Virus record (IMG/VR): IMGVR_UViG_3300046542_000616
Direction: 5' to 3' (one strand)
Source of the DNA: a virus
Lineage: Duplodnaviria > Heunggongvirae > Uroviricota > Caudoviricetes
Length of the DNA stretch: 64,000 nucleotides
Shown here: one piece after another, positions 54,021-63,499 of the stretch
How the letters are laid out: each line of letters begins with the position of its first letter
Position numbering within the stretch: the first letter of the stretch is position 1
The notes under the pieces: generated by a model
The model's database searches: none
Told to the model about the DNA's origin: nothing
What the model saw: only the letters and a program-made list of their open reading frames with translations
Position numbers and translations under genes: made by a program

Positions 54021-55973
54021 TCAGCGCGCCGGGTTCGGCGCACAGTTGATCGAACGGCTGGCCACGTCGATGAACTCAATCAGGACATCCATCTCTTCGC
54101 CGAGGGTGATGACCGGCTGGCCGTTTCGCATCAGGGTCACGCCGTCCGGGGTGACTTCATAGACATCCCCCTTGCGACCCAGGCTGCGGTTGGAGATAAA
54201 GCAGGAGGCGCCGGTGTCACGCATTTCGACGCGGGCGCCAGCAGGGATCACGGACACGACTTTGGCCTTGTGCGAGCTGCCCAGCTGATTCTCGTACAGA
54301 CGTACGTAGAGCGCCTGCTGAACGTCTTTGGCAGCACGGTCGGTGCTGGACATGCGGTCATCCAGGTGCGCCACGATGTTGTGCGGCATTTCAAAGCGCT
54401 GAGCGTCTTTCAACAGCGCGCTTTTCAGCGAGCGGTGGTTGAGCAGGTCAGACGCCTTACGGATCGGGGAGGTAAAGGTCGCGTAACCCTCATAACCCAG
54501 CGAGAAGTGCGGCCCGAACTCCAGCGAGTGACGTCCACGTCCCTGGAAGCTGCGCAGGGCCAACTGCAGTTGTTCACTTTGCTTGGCGTCCACTTCGCGC
54601 ATCATGGCCCGGTAACCGTCCAGGGTCTTGATGGCGTCGACGTCGGCTTCTACGCCATGCAGCTTGAGCAGTTCGACCAGATCCTGGGCCTTGTCGGCCT
54701 TATAACCCTCGTGGCGGCGGTAAATGCATGGCAGTTGGCGCTCATGCATGAACTTGGCGAAGGCCACGTTGGCGGCGACCATGCACTCTTCCACCAGCTT
54801 CTGCGAGCGGATCGAGGCAGTACGGCTCACGCTTTTCAGTTCGAAGTCTTCGATCACAAAGCGGTAGTCGGAATAACCCGACGACACCAAGGCATGCTTT
54901 TCGCGCCACTTGCCACGGCGGGTGCACAATTCGTCGATGGCTTTGATCGAGTGGTGGTGCACCAAGGCGATGGCGTCCTGCTTGCCATCCAGGAACTCCT
55001 GCACGGCCTCATAGGTAAGCTTGGCGTGCGAGGTCATGATCCCCAGCGAGAACGTCGATTCAATGACCTCGCCTTCGGTGTCAACGTCCATCACGCAGAA
55101 CACCGCATGACGCTCTTCGCCTTCAACCAGCGAAGCACCTTGTTCTGACAGTACCTTGGGCAGCATCGGAATGCTGTGGCCTGGCATGTAGGTGGTAAAC
55201 CCACGCGCCAGCGCATCCGCTTCCGTTTTCGAGCCAGGGGTCAGCAGACGCTCGGCGTCGGCAATGGCCACGGTCACACGAATACGACCGTCTTTGAGCA
55301 GCACGGCATGCAGGGCGTCGTCGATGTCGCGTGTGTATTCCCCGTCGATGGTCACAAACGGCACACGGCGGTGATCCAGCATCGATGGGTGTTCAGTGCC
55401 CTTGCTCGACGGCGGAACGTCGTTCATCTCGAACACCGGCGTCTCGAACGACACCTTGTGACGGGCACAGGCGGTGCGCCACGGCGCTTGACGCTCACGC
55501 TCGTTGGTGACGATCTCGAGGATCTCGGCATGCGCCGCGCCGTCGTCAAACGGGTGCTTGATGATGTTGGCCACGACGATGTCACCGTCGCGCTCACGAT
55601 CACGCTTGATCAGCGGAATGCGGAACCAGGTCTTCATCATCGGGTTTTCAGCCTCGATGAACGGGTGGGCGCCACGAAAGCGCACGGTGCCGATGAAGGT
55701 GCCGGTCAGCGGGGTAATGATCGACTTGATGATCGCTTCGGTCTTGCCGTCTTCCTGCTCCAGAATGGACGCGCTGACGCGATCACCAGGGAAGCACTTG
55801 GACATTTGCGGCGGGGAGATGAAATACGATTGGCCATCGTCGGCCTGAAGAAACCCGTAGCCCTGTCGGGTGCCACGGGTGATGCCTTCCACCAGCACCG
55901 TTTTGCTGGTGCTGCTCACCGAGGCGGTCATGCCGCTCTTGAGCTTCAGCAGCGCTGGGTTGTTCTTAAACAT
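54021..55973 (-). CDS. rnb: exoribonuclease II
   Basis: MFKNNPALLKLK (cf. MFQDNPLLAQLK), GYGFL cold-shock domain, catalytic TIDGEYTRDIDDAL, GPHFSLGYEGYATFTSPIRKASDLLNHR, C-terminal S1. Confidence 0.92.
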   Translation of the reverse strand: MFKNNPALLKLKSGMTASVSSTSKTVLVEGITRGTRQGYGFLQADDGQSYFISPPQMSKCFPGDRVSASILEQEDGKTEAIIKSIITPLTGTFIGTVRFRGAHPFIEAENPMMKTWFRIPLIKRDRERDGDIVVANIIKHPFDDGAAHAEILEIVTNERERQAPWRTACARHKVSFETPVFEMNDVPPSSKGTEHPSMLDHRRVPFVTIDGEYTRDIDDALHAVLLKDGRIRVTVAIADAERLLTPGSKTEADALARGFTTYMPGHSIPMLPKVLSEQGASLVEGEERHAVFCVMDVDTEGEVIESTFSLGIMTSHAKLTYEAVQEFLDGKQDAIALVHHHSIKAIDELCTRRGKWREKHALVSSGYSDYRFVIEDFELKSVSRTASIRSQKLVEECMVAANVAFAKFMHERQLPCIYRRHEGYKADKAQDLVELLKLHGVEADVDAIKTLDGYRAMMREVDAKQSEQLQLALRSFQGRGRHSLEFGPHFSLGYEGYATFTSPIRKASDLLNHRSLKSALLKDAQRFEMPHNIVAHLDDRMSSTDRAAKDVQQALYVRLYENQLGSSHKAKVVSVIPAGARVEMRDTGASCFISNRSLGRKGDVYEVTPDGVTLMRNGQPVITLGEEMDVLIEFIDVASRSINCAPNPAR

Positions 55974-56117
55974 GGAGTCCTCATCTGCCGGCCTAAGCCA
56001 GCGGTTTTCTAGTGAGGCTCCATAATTGCGTCAATTTTCTAGAAAATCAATTGTTGACATGACAATAAGGCGATAAATGTTCATCGCCTCATCGAAAAAT
56101 GCTGTCAGGGTCTGCGT

Positions 56118-56477
56118 TTACGCGCATTCCGCCAACTGGGCCTTGGCGATCTTGCTCACGGCTTTGCTGAAGTGGGGCAGTGATGCCCTGAGGTGGGTGA
56201 TGGCTTGCTGGGCGTCCTGCGTGGTGCCGGTCATGCCACGGCTGACTGAGGACATCACCTGAGCAAAGATGCCACAGCTTTTGGTGTCCAGCGCCCTGAT
56301 ATCGTTGCTATGCGTCCAGTCGGTGATATCCCCGGCAATCAGGCAGATCGTCTGCAACGGAATCATCTCCTGCTGCTCCATCCGGTCTTTGATCGTACCG
56401 AAGAGAGTGGTCAGCGCTTGTACGGGATTACTCATAAATCCATCCTTTCCGTTTATCAACAAAATTCCTGAATGCAT
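56118..56477 (-). CDS. hypothetical protein
   Basis: ORF track; likely start at MSNPV. Confidence 0.55.
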   Translation of the reverse strand: MHSGILLINGKDGFMSNPVQALTTLFGTIKDRMEQQEMIPLQTICLIAGDITDWTHSNDIRALDTKSCGIFAQVMSSVSRGMTGTTQDAQQAITHLRASLPHFSKAVSKIAKAQLAECA

Positions 56478-56655
56478 TTATATCAAGACGGTTATCCCAG
56501 AGCAATTGAGTATTATTAATGGCGAATGAATCCAGCCATACAAAAATGCATATTCGCTGGGTTATTCATTTGGGTTATCAACCATATATCGGCGTTATCC
56601 CTCCCGGCCACGGTCGCCAGCAAAAGCGCTTGTATTTTGAAGCCAAACCGACAGA

Positions 56656-56689
56656 GCGCTTTTCCATATCGGCGCTCATCCCGTACAGT
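56656..56689 (+). promoter_or_regulatory. sigma70-like promoter duplicated before C1 and C2
   Basis: GCTTTTCCA-N7-GCTCATCCCGTACAGT; TTTCCA-17bp-TACAGT. Confidence 0.6.
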
Positions 56690-56715
56690 GAGCGTATATC
56701 GAGAAGAGGTCGGCG

Positions 56716-58299
56716 ATGAGCGTTCTGCAATACGAAAATTTCCAGGAATCCAATTATTTCTCGGCGATCAATCTAGCCTGCATGCGCCTGCGCGCTGATG
56801 GAGATGTCGGCCCGCTGCGCGAATTGCTGGCAGAGGTGTCCGATGATCTGCGCCAGGAGACGGCGCTGTTCTTGTTCGACTACTCGATGACCGCCCAGTC
56901 CGATCAGCTGTTCGAGTTGTCCAAGGAAATGGGCGTGCTGCAGGTTCCGAGGTTTGAGCGCGACCTTGAGGTTGCGATGACGCTTCGCGACCGCATGTTC
57001 CAAAGCGCCAAGGAGCCGAGTGCCGGTCACCTGGCCCTGTTGCAAGGTTACGCCAAGTTCTTTGGTGAGCCCTATGCTTTCGATTCGATGTCGGCGGTGT
57101 ACAACCTGGAGTTTGCCAAGAATCGCTCGGGCGCCAGGCAATGGCCTACAGGCACTGAACAGCTGGAGACCTATTCGGCGAATCTACAGCTGTTTATCCG
57201 CTTTACCCCAGCCAAGTTCTTATCCAACCCAGACATCGGCAACATCGGTATCCGGCATATTTGCAATCAGTTGACCAACCTGAGAAATGGCGACCCCCTC
57301 GGTGATCACCTCAAGCACTTGGGTGCCCTGAGCTTCGATGATCTGGTGGCCACGGCCAGTGTCATCACATCTGATCCGATGGGGCTCGGACAATACGTGC
57401 ACAGGCAAATCGATGCGGGGGTGCACAAGGGCCTGATTGAGCTGAAGCGGGACTTTTTGCTGAACCTGGAGATCGCGCTCAAGGTCAGGCCGATGGATAC
57501 CGTGCTGACCCTCGCCAGCCTGAGTGAGCCGCTTTTCAGCCGGTTTGTGTCCTGCGATGGCATGCTCAATTACCTGACCAGCCAGTGGATCACCGAAGAC
57601 AACGCGCAGATTCTGGCGGATCAAAGCTTTCTTGATGTGCACGAATTGCTCAATAACCGCCTGTTGTCCAGTCCTTACCTGGCCGGCGTGTTCCAGCGCC
57701 ATGAAGCACTCTCCAGGCCGAACAGTGCTTCGGTCTCGCTGACGATGATGTTGGCCCAACTCAAAGACAAGGGTGTTTATGTCTCCATTTCCTCAAAAAA
57801 TGGCCTGAAGACCCTCGGGGAAAACCTGGAGTTGCTGCGTCACAACCCTGCGCATGCCGAGGTTGTACAGGCTGGTCGAGAGGAGATTGAGAGATCCATT
57901 CGTCGCCGAACCAAGCTTGTGTACGAAAAGCTGGTTAAGGACAAGAAGCACGGTTTGAAGCCTATCGATGCAATAGACAAGGAAGATATGTTCAGGCTGG
58001 TGGTGGTGCGACTGTGTGCCGAACTGCATCAAGAGGGCAAGGCCTATACAGAGGCAGAGCTCAATAACATCAAGCCGATTGGAAGGGTCGTCGATATCGG
58101 CTATGTCGAACTGCACCATAAGGAGGCCCTGCTGGCGCTGGTGTGGGGCTACGATGAGCTTTTCGTCCTTGAAGCTCTGAGTGGCTATAAGCCGGGCATA
58201 AAACCCATGATCGAGCTGGGTGTGCTGGGCAGAAAACATATGAACTTGCTGCCTTTGAAGTATCGCGGGCAGATGCTGGAAAACTCAATGGGCCTCTGA
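56716..58299 (+). CDS. family C tailed protein C1 (527 aa)
   Basis: Paralogue of C2; ends YRGQMLENSMGL*. Confidence 0.85.
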   Translation: MSVLQYENFQESNYFSAINLACMRLRADGDVGPLRELLAEVSDDLRQETALFLFDYSMTAQSDQLFELSKEMGVLQVPRFERDLEVAMTLRDRMFQSAKEPSAGHLALLQGYAKFFGEPYAFDSMSAVYNLEFAKNRSGARQWPTGTEQLETYSANLQLFIRFTPAKFLSNPDIGNIGIRHICNQLTNLRNGDPLGDHLKHLGALSFDDLVATASVITSDPMGLGQYVHRQIDAGVHKGLIELKRDFLLNLEIALKVRPMDTVLTLASLSEPLFSRFVSCDGMLNYLTSQWITEDNAQILADQSFLDVHELLNNRLLSSPYLAGVFQRHEALSRPNSASVSLTMMLAQLKDKGVYVSISSKNGLKTLGENLELLRHNPAHAEVVQAGREEIERSIRRRTKLVYEKLVKDKKHGLKPIDAIDKEDMFRLVVVRLCAELHQEGKAYTEAELNNIKPIGRVVDIGYVELHHKEALLALVWGYDELFVLEALSGYKPGIKPMIELGVLGRKHMNLLPLKYRGQMLENSMGL

Positions 58300-58316
58300 C
58301 CGCCGCCGCGTACGCT

Positions 58317-58350
58317 GTGCTTTTCCACCCCTTGGCTCATCCCGTACAGT
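58317..58350 (+). promoter_or_regulatory. second copy of the family C promoter
   Basis: GCTTTTCCA-N7-GCTCATCCCGTACAGT, 25 bp before ATG. Confidence 0.6.
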
Positions 58351-58375
58351 AGGGGTATGACCAAAGGGGTGGCAC

Positions 58376-59998
58376 ATGAGCATTTTCAGGTACGACAATT
58401 TCAGGCAGTGGGAACGGTTTTCGGAGATGACCAAGGGCATCACCCGCATCTGTGGCTCCGACAGTGACGACAGTTTCCTGCGCGCCACCCTGGCCGACCT
58501 GCCGGAAGATCTGGTCGATGAGGCAGGGGCTTACATGCTTGAGTTTGCCATCAAAAGGTTTTCCAGCAAGCTTCTCGGCTTTGTGACCGAGTTCGGCGTC
58601 TTTGAGCGTCCGGGGATGAAAAACAACCTGGACGTCGCGGTGATGATCCGTGACAAGCTGTTCACCAGCGGTGGTGACATTTCTGCTGATAATCCGTACC
58701 TCGGCCTGCTCAAAAAGGCCTCTGCTCACTACGGTGATGCCTTTGCCATCGATTCCATGGATGCGGTTTACGATGACGATATTGCCAAGCTGTATTCCGG
58801 TGCCAGTTTCTTTGCCAGTGGCAAGGAAAAGCTAGATTCCTACACGACAAACCTGAAGCGTCTCATGCTGTTCACCCCGCCCCAGTACCTGAACAGCCGA
58901 ATACTCGGCAACATTGCGATCAAAAACGTCGGCGATCAGATGAGCAACCTCGACAAGGGCGCTCAGCTTGACGAGCACCTTGAGCTCATGGGTCAGCTGT
59001 CTTTCGACGATCTGTCGGCGATTTGCAAAGTGATCAAAGACGATCCTCTAACCCGTGGTGCCTACATGGGCAGGCAAATCGACGCGGCAGTGTGCAAGGA
59101 TCTGCCGGACATGAAATCAGATTTTGTGTTCAACCTCGGTTATGCGCTTGAAGCCAGGCCGATGAATACGCTGATGACCCTGGTCACCATGAAAGAGTCC
59201 GAATTCAGCCTCTTTGTCTCAACGGGTGTGGTGCAGCAATACCTGCTCGGAAAATGGCTTCATGCCGGCAATGCCAAGATCCTTGAGGATCAAAACTTCC
59301 TGGATCTGCATGACCTGTTCAATCAGCGTCTGCTGAGCAATCCGTATTTCAGCCACGTGTTCCAGCGGACAGAGCGCCTGAACAAGCCGAACCATGTGTC
59401 GGTTACCGGCGCCTTAGTGTTTCCGGCTCTCAAGGGCAAGCACCTGGACGTCGAGATGGTCAAGAGCGCGACCGGCTCGAAGAATATCCCTACAGGCGTG
59501 CTCAAGAGCTTTGCGCAGAGCCTCGACCTGATTGCCAAGCACTGCAAGCTGCCGGAGGTTATTCAGGCGGGCCAGGAGATGATCAAGGATCAGCTGGCGC
59601 CCAATCTGATCAAGCTCTACATGCTGATGAGCAAAGACGACATCATCGGCAAGAAGCTTAAGCCGTACGACAGCGTGGACAAGGAGTACCAATTGAAGTT
59701 TGCGGCGATTCGGCTCTGTGCAGAGTTGCATGCCGCGATTCCGGTGAATAACCGTGGCCTTGAAAAGATCAAGCCGATTGAGCATGGAATGGGTGCGATG
59801 GATGCAGGGGTGACTCACAAGGAAGCCTTGCTGGTGCTGGTCAAGACCTATGACGAAGCGACGATTCTCGACGCCCTCAAGGACTACAAGCCCGGCATCA
59901 AGCCGATGATTGAGCTGGGCATCCTGAGTCAGAAGCACATCGCCCTGCTGCCGGTGAAAGATCGCGGCGAACTGCTTGAAAATGCGATGGGGCTTTAA
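58376..59998 (+). CDS. family C tailed protein C2 (540 aa)
   Basis: Ends DRGELLENAMGL*. Confidence 0.85.
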   Translation: MSIFRYDNFRQWERFSEMTKGITRICGSDSDDSFLRATLADLPEDLVDEAGAYMLEFAIKRFSSKLLGFVTEFGVFERPGMKNNLDVAVMIRDKLFTSGGDISADNPYLGLLKKASAHYGDAFAIDSMDAVYDDDIAKLYSGASFFASGKEKLDSYTTNLKRLMLFTPPQYLNSRILGNIAIKNVGDQMSNLDKGAQLDEHLELMGQLSFDDLSAICKVIKDDPLTRGAYMGRQIDAAVCKDLPDMKSDFVFNLGYALEARPMNTLMTLVTMKESEFSLFVSTGVVQQYLLGKWLHAGNAKILEDQNFLDLHDLFNQRLLSNPYFSHVFQRTERLNKPNHVSVTGALVFPALKGKHLDVEMVKSATGSKNIPTGVLKSFAQSLDLIAKHCKLPEVIQAGQEMIKDQLAPNLIKLYMLMSKDDIIGKKLKPYDSVDKEYQLKFAAIRLCAELHAAIPVNNRGLEKIKPIEHGMGAMDAGVTHKEALLVLVKTYDEATILDALKDYKPGIKPMIELGILSQKHIALLPVKDRGELLENAMGL

Positions 59999-60872
59999 GA
60001 TGAAACGTAACGAATTACTCAGACATCTGAGAGACGGGTACACCCATTTCAACTTCCTGGACTTGCCGAAACAGCACTTGGACACCGAAGTCCTTTCGGC
60101 GTGGCTGCAGAAGGGCGGGTACTTCAACGCGATCCCCAAGAAATTCGTGAATGACACGCTGCGCAGATTCGCTGTGAGCCTTAGTCTTAGCGCCCGCCCG
60201 CTGATGGACTATCCGCTCAGGACGATCCAGCCTGAAGATACCCAGTGCTATGAGGAATTGGTTTTCCTGGCGCTTGGTCAATCCCCCTTGAACATGGCTC
60301 ATGTCGACCCGTCCCTGTATGGCGAAGCGTTTTTTCTGAAGGCGCTCGAGATCAACCCAGGCTCCCTGCTGTGTTTTGGCGGTGACCATCCGGTCGCTTC
60401 AATTGACTGGTCTGAAACAATGATTGATGCAGCCGTCAGCAAGGAGCCCAAATACATCCAATTCTTCAAGCCCGATCAGATCAAAAAGAAGTCGCTTGTC
60501 CGCCTGATAACGGGTGGAGAAAACGTCGCCACAGAGCTGGAGGAGGCAGGGCTACTCGGCCTGATGAGTGAGCTGATGCGCGATACCGACTACTGGCCTC
60601 AGCTGATCGATAAGCCGGAGTCGCTCGAGGAGTGCATTGAACTGTTTGAGGAGGCTGATGGGTCGATGGAAAACCTGGCGGTTTGCTGCAAGGCATTCAT
60701 CAGGCAGTATCCGATGGAAACAGTGATACCGTTGATGATTTCAGCCAGTCACCAATCGTTGATCACCAAAGTTTACACGAGCGATGAATTAATCCCTCAC
60801 ATTCGCACTGGGCTGCTCAAGGGCGCCGGAAAAATCAGAGGAAAATTGCTGGAAGAAGGATTGGGGCTCTGA
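59976..60872 (+). CDS. family D tailed protein D1
   Basis: Ends IRGKLLEEGLGL*. Confidence 0.85.
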   Translation: MKMRWGFKMKRNELLRHLRDGYTHFNFLDLPKQHLDTEVLSAWLQKGGYFNAIPKKFVNDTLRRFAVSLSLSARPLMDYPLRTIQPEDTQCYEELVFLALGQSPLNMAHVDPSLYGEAFFLKALEINPGSLLCFGGDHPVASIDWSETMIDAAVSKEPKYIQFFKPDQIKKKSLVRLITGGENVATELEEAGLLGLMSELMRDTDYWPQLIDKPESLEECIELFEEADGSMENLAVCCKAFIRQYPMETVIPLMISASHQSLITKVYTSDELIPHIRTGLLKGAGKIRGKLLEEGLGL

Positions 60873-60874
60873 CC

Positions 60875-61738
60875 ATGACGAGAGATCAATGGATCCAGCG
60901 AATTCATGAAGGGAAAGTCAACATTTTCGGGGATATCCCAAAGAAGCACCAGGACGTTGAGATAGTGTTTCACTGGGTTGCCAGCGGTCAAGGTCATCTG
61001 AGGGAAGTTCCCTTGCACCTGGTAACGGATGACATTCGGATTGAGGCCATGGCGCCCAGGAATAAAGGTCTGACGACGTATTCACTGGTAGCTATCAAGC
61101 CATCACACACCGAGCGCTACGAAGAAATTGCATTGCTCGGCATGAAGGCAAATGCCCGCAATCTGTGGGTGGTGGATAAAAATTTTCACAATAATGATTT
61201 TATGAAAAAAGCTCTCATGGTCAACGGCGATGCCTTGCTGCCATTGTTTGATGAGGATGCCCGCCTCGACGCGATGGACATAGAGATCACCCAGGATCTG
61301 ATCGACCTGGCTGTCTCACGCAGCGCCAGCTACTTCGGCAAATTCAAATCAAGCCAGTTCAGCCCGCACGCGGTGCGCGAGTGCATTAAAAACTGCGAGA
61401 TGGACTATCAGCGCCTGGTCGACATTGGTCAGTTCGATGCCCTGGTCGACGTAATCAAAACTGGTTGGTGGGGCGATCACCTCCCCGAAAAGCCAAGAAA
61501 CCTTTCGCACTGCGCTGTCCAGTTGCTGTCCGACCATGAGGACAAGCTGGTCTATCGCGCTTATGCCAAGACTTTCCCGATACCGGATGTGATTGCATTC
61601 TTGGCCGGGCCTACGCTTCGGCAGGAGGTGTTTGAGATGTACACGGCTAAGGAACTGGCGCCATTCTTGAAGGAAGGCCCCTTGAGCGAAGACAAGGCCT
61701 TCAAGGGCCGGTTACTGGAAAGCGAGCTCGGTCTATGA
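60875..61738 (+). CDS. family D tailed protein D2
   Basis: Ends FKGRLLESELGL*. Confidence 0.85.
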   Translation: MTRDQWIQRIHEGKVNIFGDIPKKHQDVEIVFHWVASGQGHLREVPLHLVTDDIRIEAMAPRNKGLTTYSLVAIKPSHTERYEEIALLGMKANARNLWVVDKNFHNNDFMKKALMVNGDALLPLFDEDARLDAMDIEITQDLIDLAVSRSASYFGKFKSSQFSPHAVRECIKNCEMDYQRLVDIGQFDALVDVIKTGWWGDHLPEKPRNLSHCAVQLLSDHEDKLVYRAYAKTFPIPDVIAFLAGPTLRQEVFEMYTAKELAPFLKEGPLSEDKAFKGRLLESELGL

Positions 61739-62616
61739 ACAATTTCGATGAAATGACCCGTGATCAATTTTTAGTGGCGTTAAGAGCAGACGACGCCTGT
61801 AAATTCATTGAGATCCCAATGACCTACCTGGACAGCGAGGTTATCGCAACCTGGCTTGAGTTCCATGGGGAGCTCCATCAAATCCCGAAGCAGTACGTTG
61901 ACGACGAGCATCGAAGGATTGCCGTTGGCAGAAGCCATGTCCACCAAATGGTCAGAGATTACCCGCTCGCCACCATCAGAAAAGAAGACACCGACTGCTA
62001 TGAGGAGCTGGCGCTCATTGCGCTCAAGCAGTGTGAAATGAACATGAAGCACGTTGATCATGCGCTTTATTCTGAGGATTTCTTCCTGAAGGCCCTGGAA
62101 GCGAATCGGATGGCCATGATGACGTTCCTCACGGGAGCGCCGAAAGCACCCATTGAGTGGACGCAAGCCATGATCGATTCAGCGGTCAGTAAGGACGCTC
62201 GTTACCTGCAATTCTTTTCGAAGGAACAGATCAAGCAGGAGTCCCTTGAGCGTCTTGTTACGGGTGGCGAAAATACCGCCAAGGAGCTCGAAGACGCAGG
62301 CTTGCTCGACCTCATGAGCGACCTTATGCGGCGTGGTTACTGGCCACAGATGGTCAAGCCCTCGTCACTGACAGAGGCCTTGTATTTCATGGTGGACATT
62401 CCTCAGTCGGCTGAAAACCTGAAGATCTATTACAAGGCGTTTGTTCGGTTTCACCCGATAGAAGACGTGCTGCCGATCATGAAATCTCCAGAAATGCAGG
62501 CGATTATGCTTGAAATCTACCGCAGCGATGAACTTATGCCGCACCTGCGGACAGGGTTGCTCAAAGGCGCCAGCAAGGTCAGGGGCAAGCTGCTTGAAGA
62601 GGGGTTAGGTCTATGA
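61735..62616 (+). CDS. family D tailed protein D3
   Basis: Ends VRGKLLEEGLGL*; ATGA coupling. Confidence 0.85.
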   Translation: MNNFDEMTRDQFLVALRADDACKFIEIPMTYLDSEVIATWLEFHGELHQIPKQYVDDEHRRIAVGRSHVHQMVRDYPLATIRKEDTDCYEELALIALKQCEMNMKHVDHALYSEDFFLKALEANRMAMMTFLTGAPKAPIEWTQAMIDSAVSKDARYLQFFSKEQIKQESLERLVTGGENTAKELEDAGLLDLMSDLMRRGYWPQMVKPSSLTEALYFMVDIPQSAENLKIYYKAFVRFHPIEDVLPIMKSPEMQAIMLEIYRSDELMPHLRTGLLKGASKVRGKLLEEGLGL

Positions 62617-63497
62617 GCAACTACCCAACAACCCCCGAGCATTTGATCCAGAACATCGAGAGCGGTGACTACTTCTATGCCTTCCAGGAGATGCCTGAGG
62701 ATCTCTTGAACAAAGCGGTGCTGACCGCCTGGATTAAGGCAGGAGGGGATTTTACGCAAATTCCAAAGCACTACGTGGATGATGATCTGCGCCTGCTGGC
62801 GGTTAGCCAATCGCATGCAGAATTATTCACCAGGGAATACCCCCTCAGTGTGATCGCCAAGCAAGACACCTCGTGTTATGAGGAGTTTGTGTTTCTGGCG
62901 CTAAACCAGTGCTACACGAACATGGAGCACGTTGATCCTGAGGTGTACAGCGAGGCTTTTTTCCTAAAAGCGCTTGAGGTCAATAGCCTGTCCATGCTCG
63001 CGTTTCTGACCGGAAACTTGCAGCGCACCATCGAATGGACTCAGCCTATGATTGATTCGGCGGCCAGCAAGGATTCGAAGTACTTGCGTTTTTTTGACAA
63101 ATCGCAACTGAAAAAAGAGTCCCTGGAGCGCCTGATCACGGAGGGGCTCAGCGATTCAGTGTCCCTTGAGGCAGCCGGGCTGCTCGACCTCATGAGCGAG
63201 TTGATGCGAGGCGGGTACTGGCCTCAGATGATGCACAAGCCGTCCTGTGCCGAGGAAGCCCTGGATCTGCTACTGAACAATCACCATACAGCTGACCACC
63301 TGGCGGTGTACTACCGGGCATTCATACGTTCCAAGCCGATTGAGACCGTACTGCCATTGATGATCAAGCCTGAGCTTCAGCCTCTGATACTGCGGGTATA
63401 CTCGTCAAAAGAATTGATGTCCCCTCTACGCACTGGATTACTTAAAGGCGCGCCGAGAATCAGGGGGAAGCTGCTTGAAGAGGGGTTAGGACTGTGA
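62613..63497 (+). CDS. family D tailed protein D4
   Basis: Ends IRGKLLEEGLGL*; ATGA coupling. Confidence 0.85.
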   Translation: MSNYPTTPEHLIQNIESGDYFYAFQEMPEDLLNKAVLTAWIKAGGDFTQIPKHYVDDDLRLLAVSQSHAELFTREYPLSVIAKQDTSCYEEFVFLALNQCYTNMEHVDPEVYSEAFFLKALEVNSLSMLAFLTGNLQRTIEWTQPMIDSAASKDSKYLRFFDKSQLKKESLERLITEGLSDSVSLEAAGLLDLMSELMRGGYWPQMMHKPSCAEEALDLLLNNHHTADHLAVYYRAFIRSKPIETVLPLMIKPELQPLILRVYSSKELMSPLRTGLLKGAPRIRGKLLEEGLGL

Positions 63498-63499
63498 CG

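Noticed and set aside
53892-56012. Long plus-strand ORFs 53892-55148 and 55176-56012
   Set aside because: Antisense shadows of rnb in GC-rich coding DNA, with no motifs.
11634-63497. LEDALGL as an ssrA-type or encapsulin cargo tag
   Set aside because: It does not match ssrA (ends LAA) or the GSLxIGSL-type encapsulin peptide, and no shell gene is in the window; a novel degron or loading peptide remains possible.
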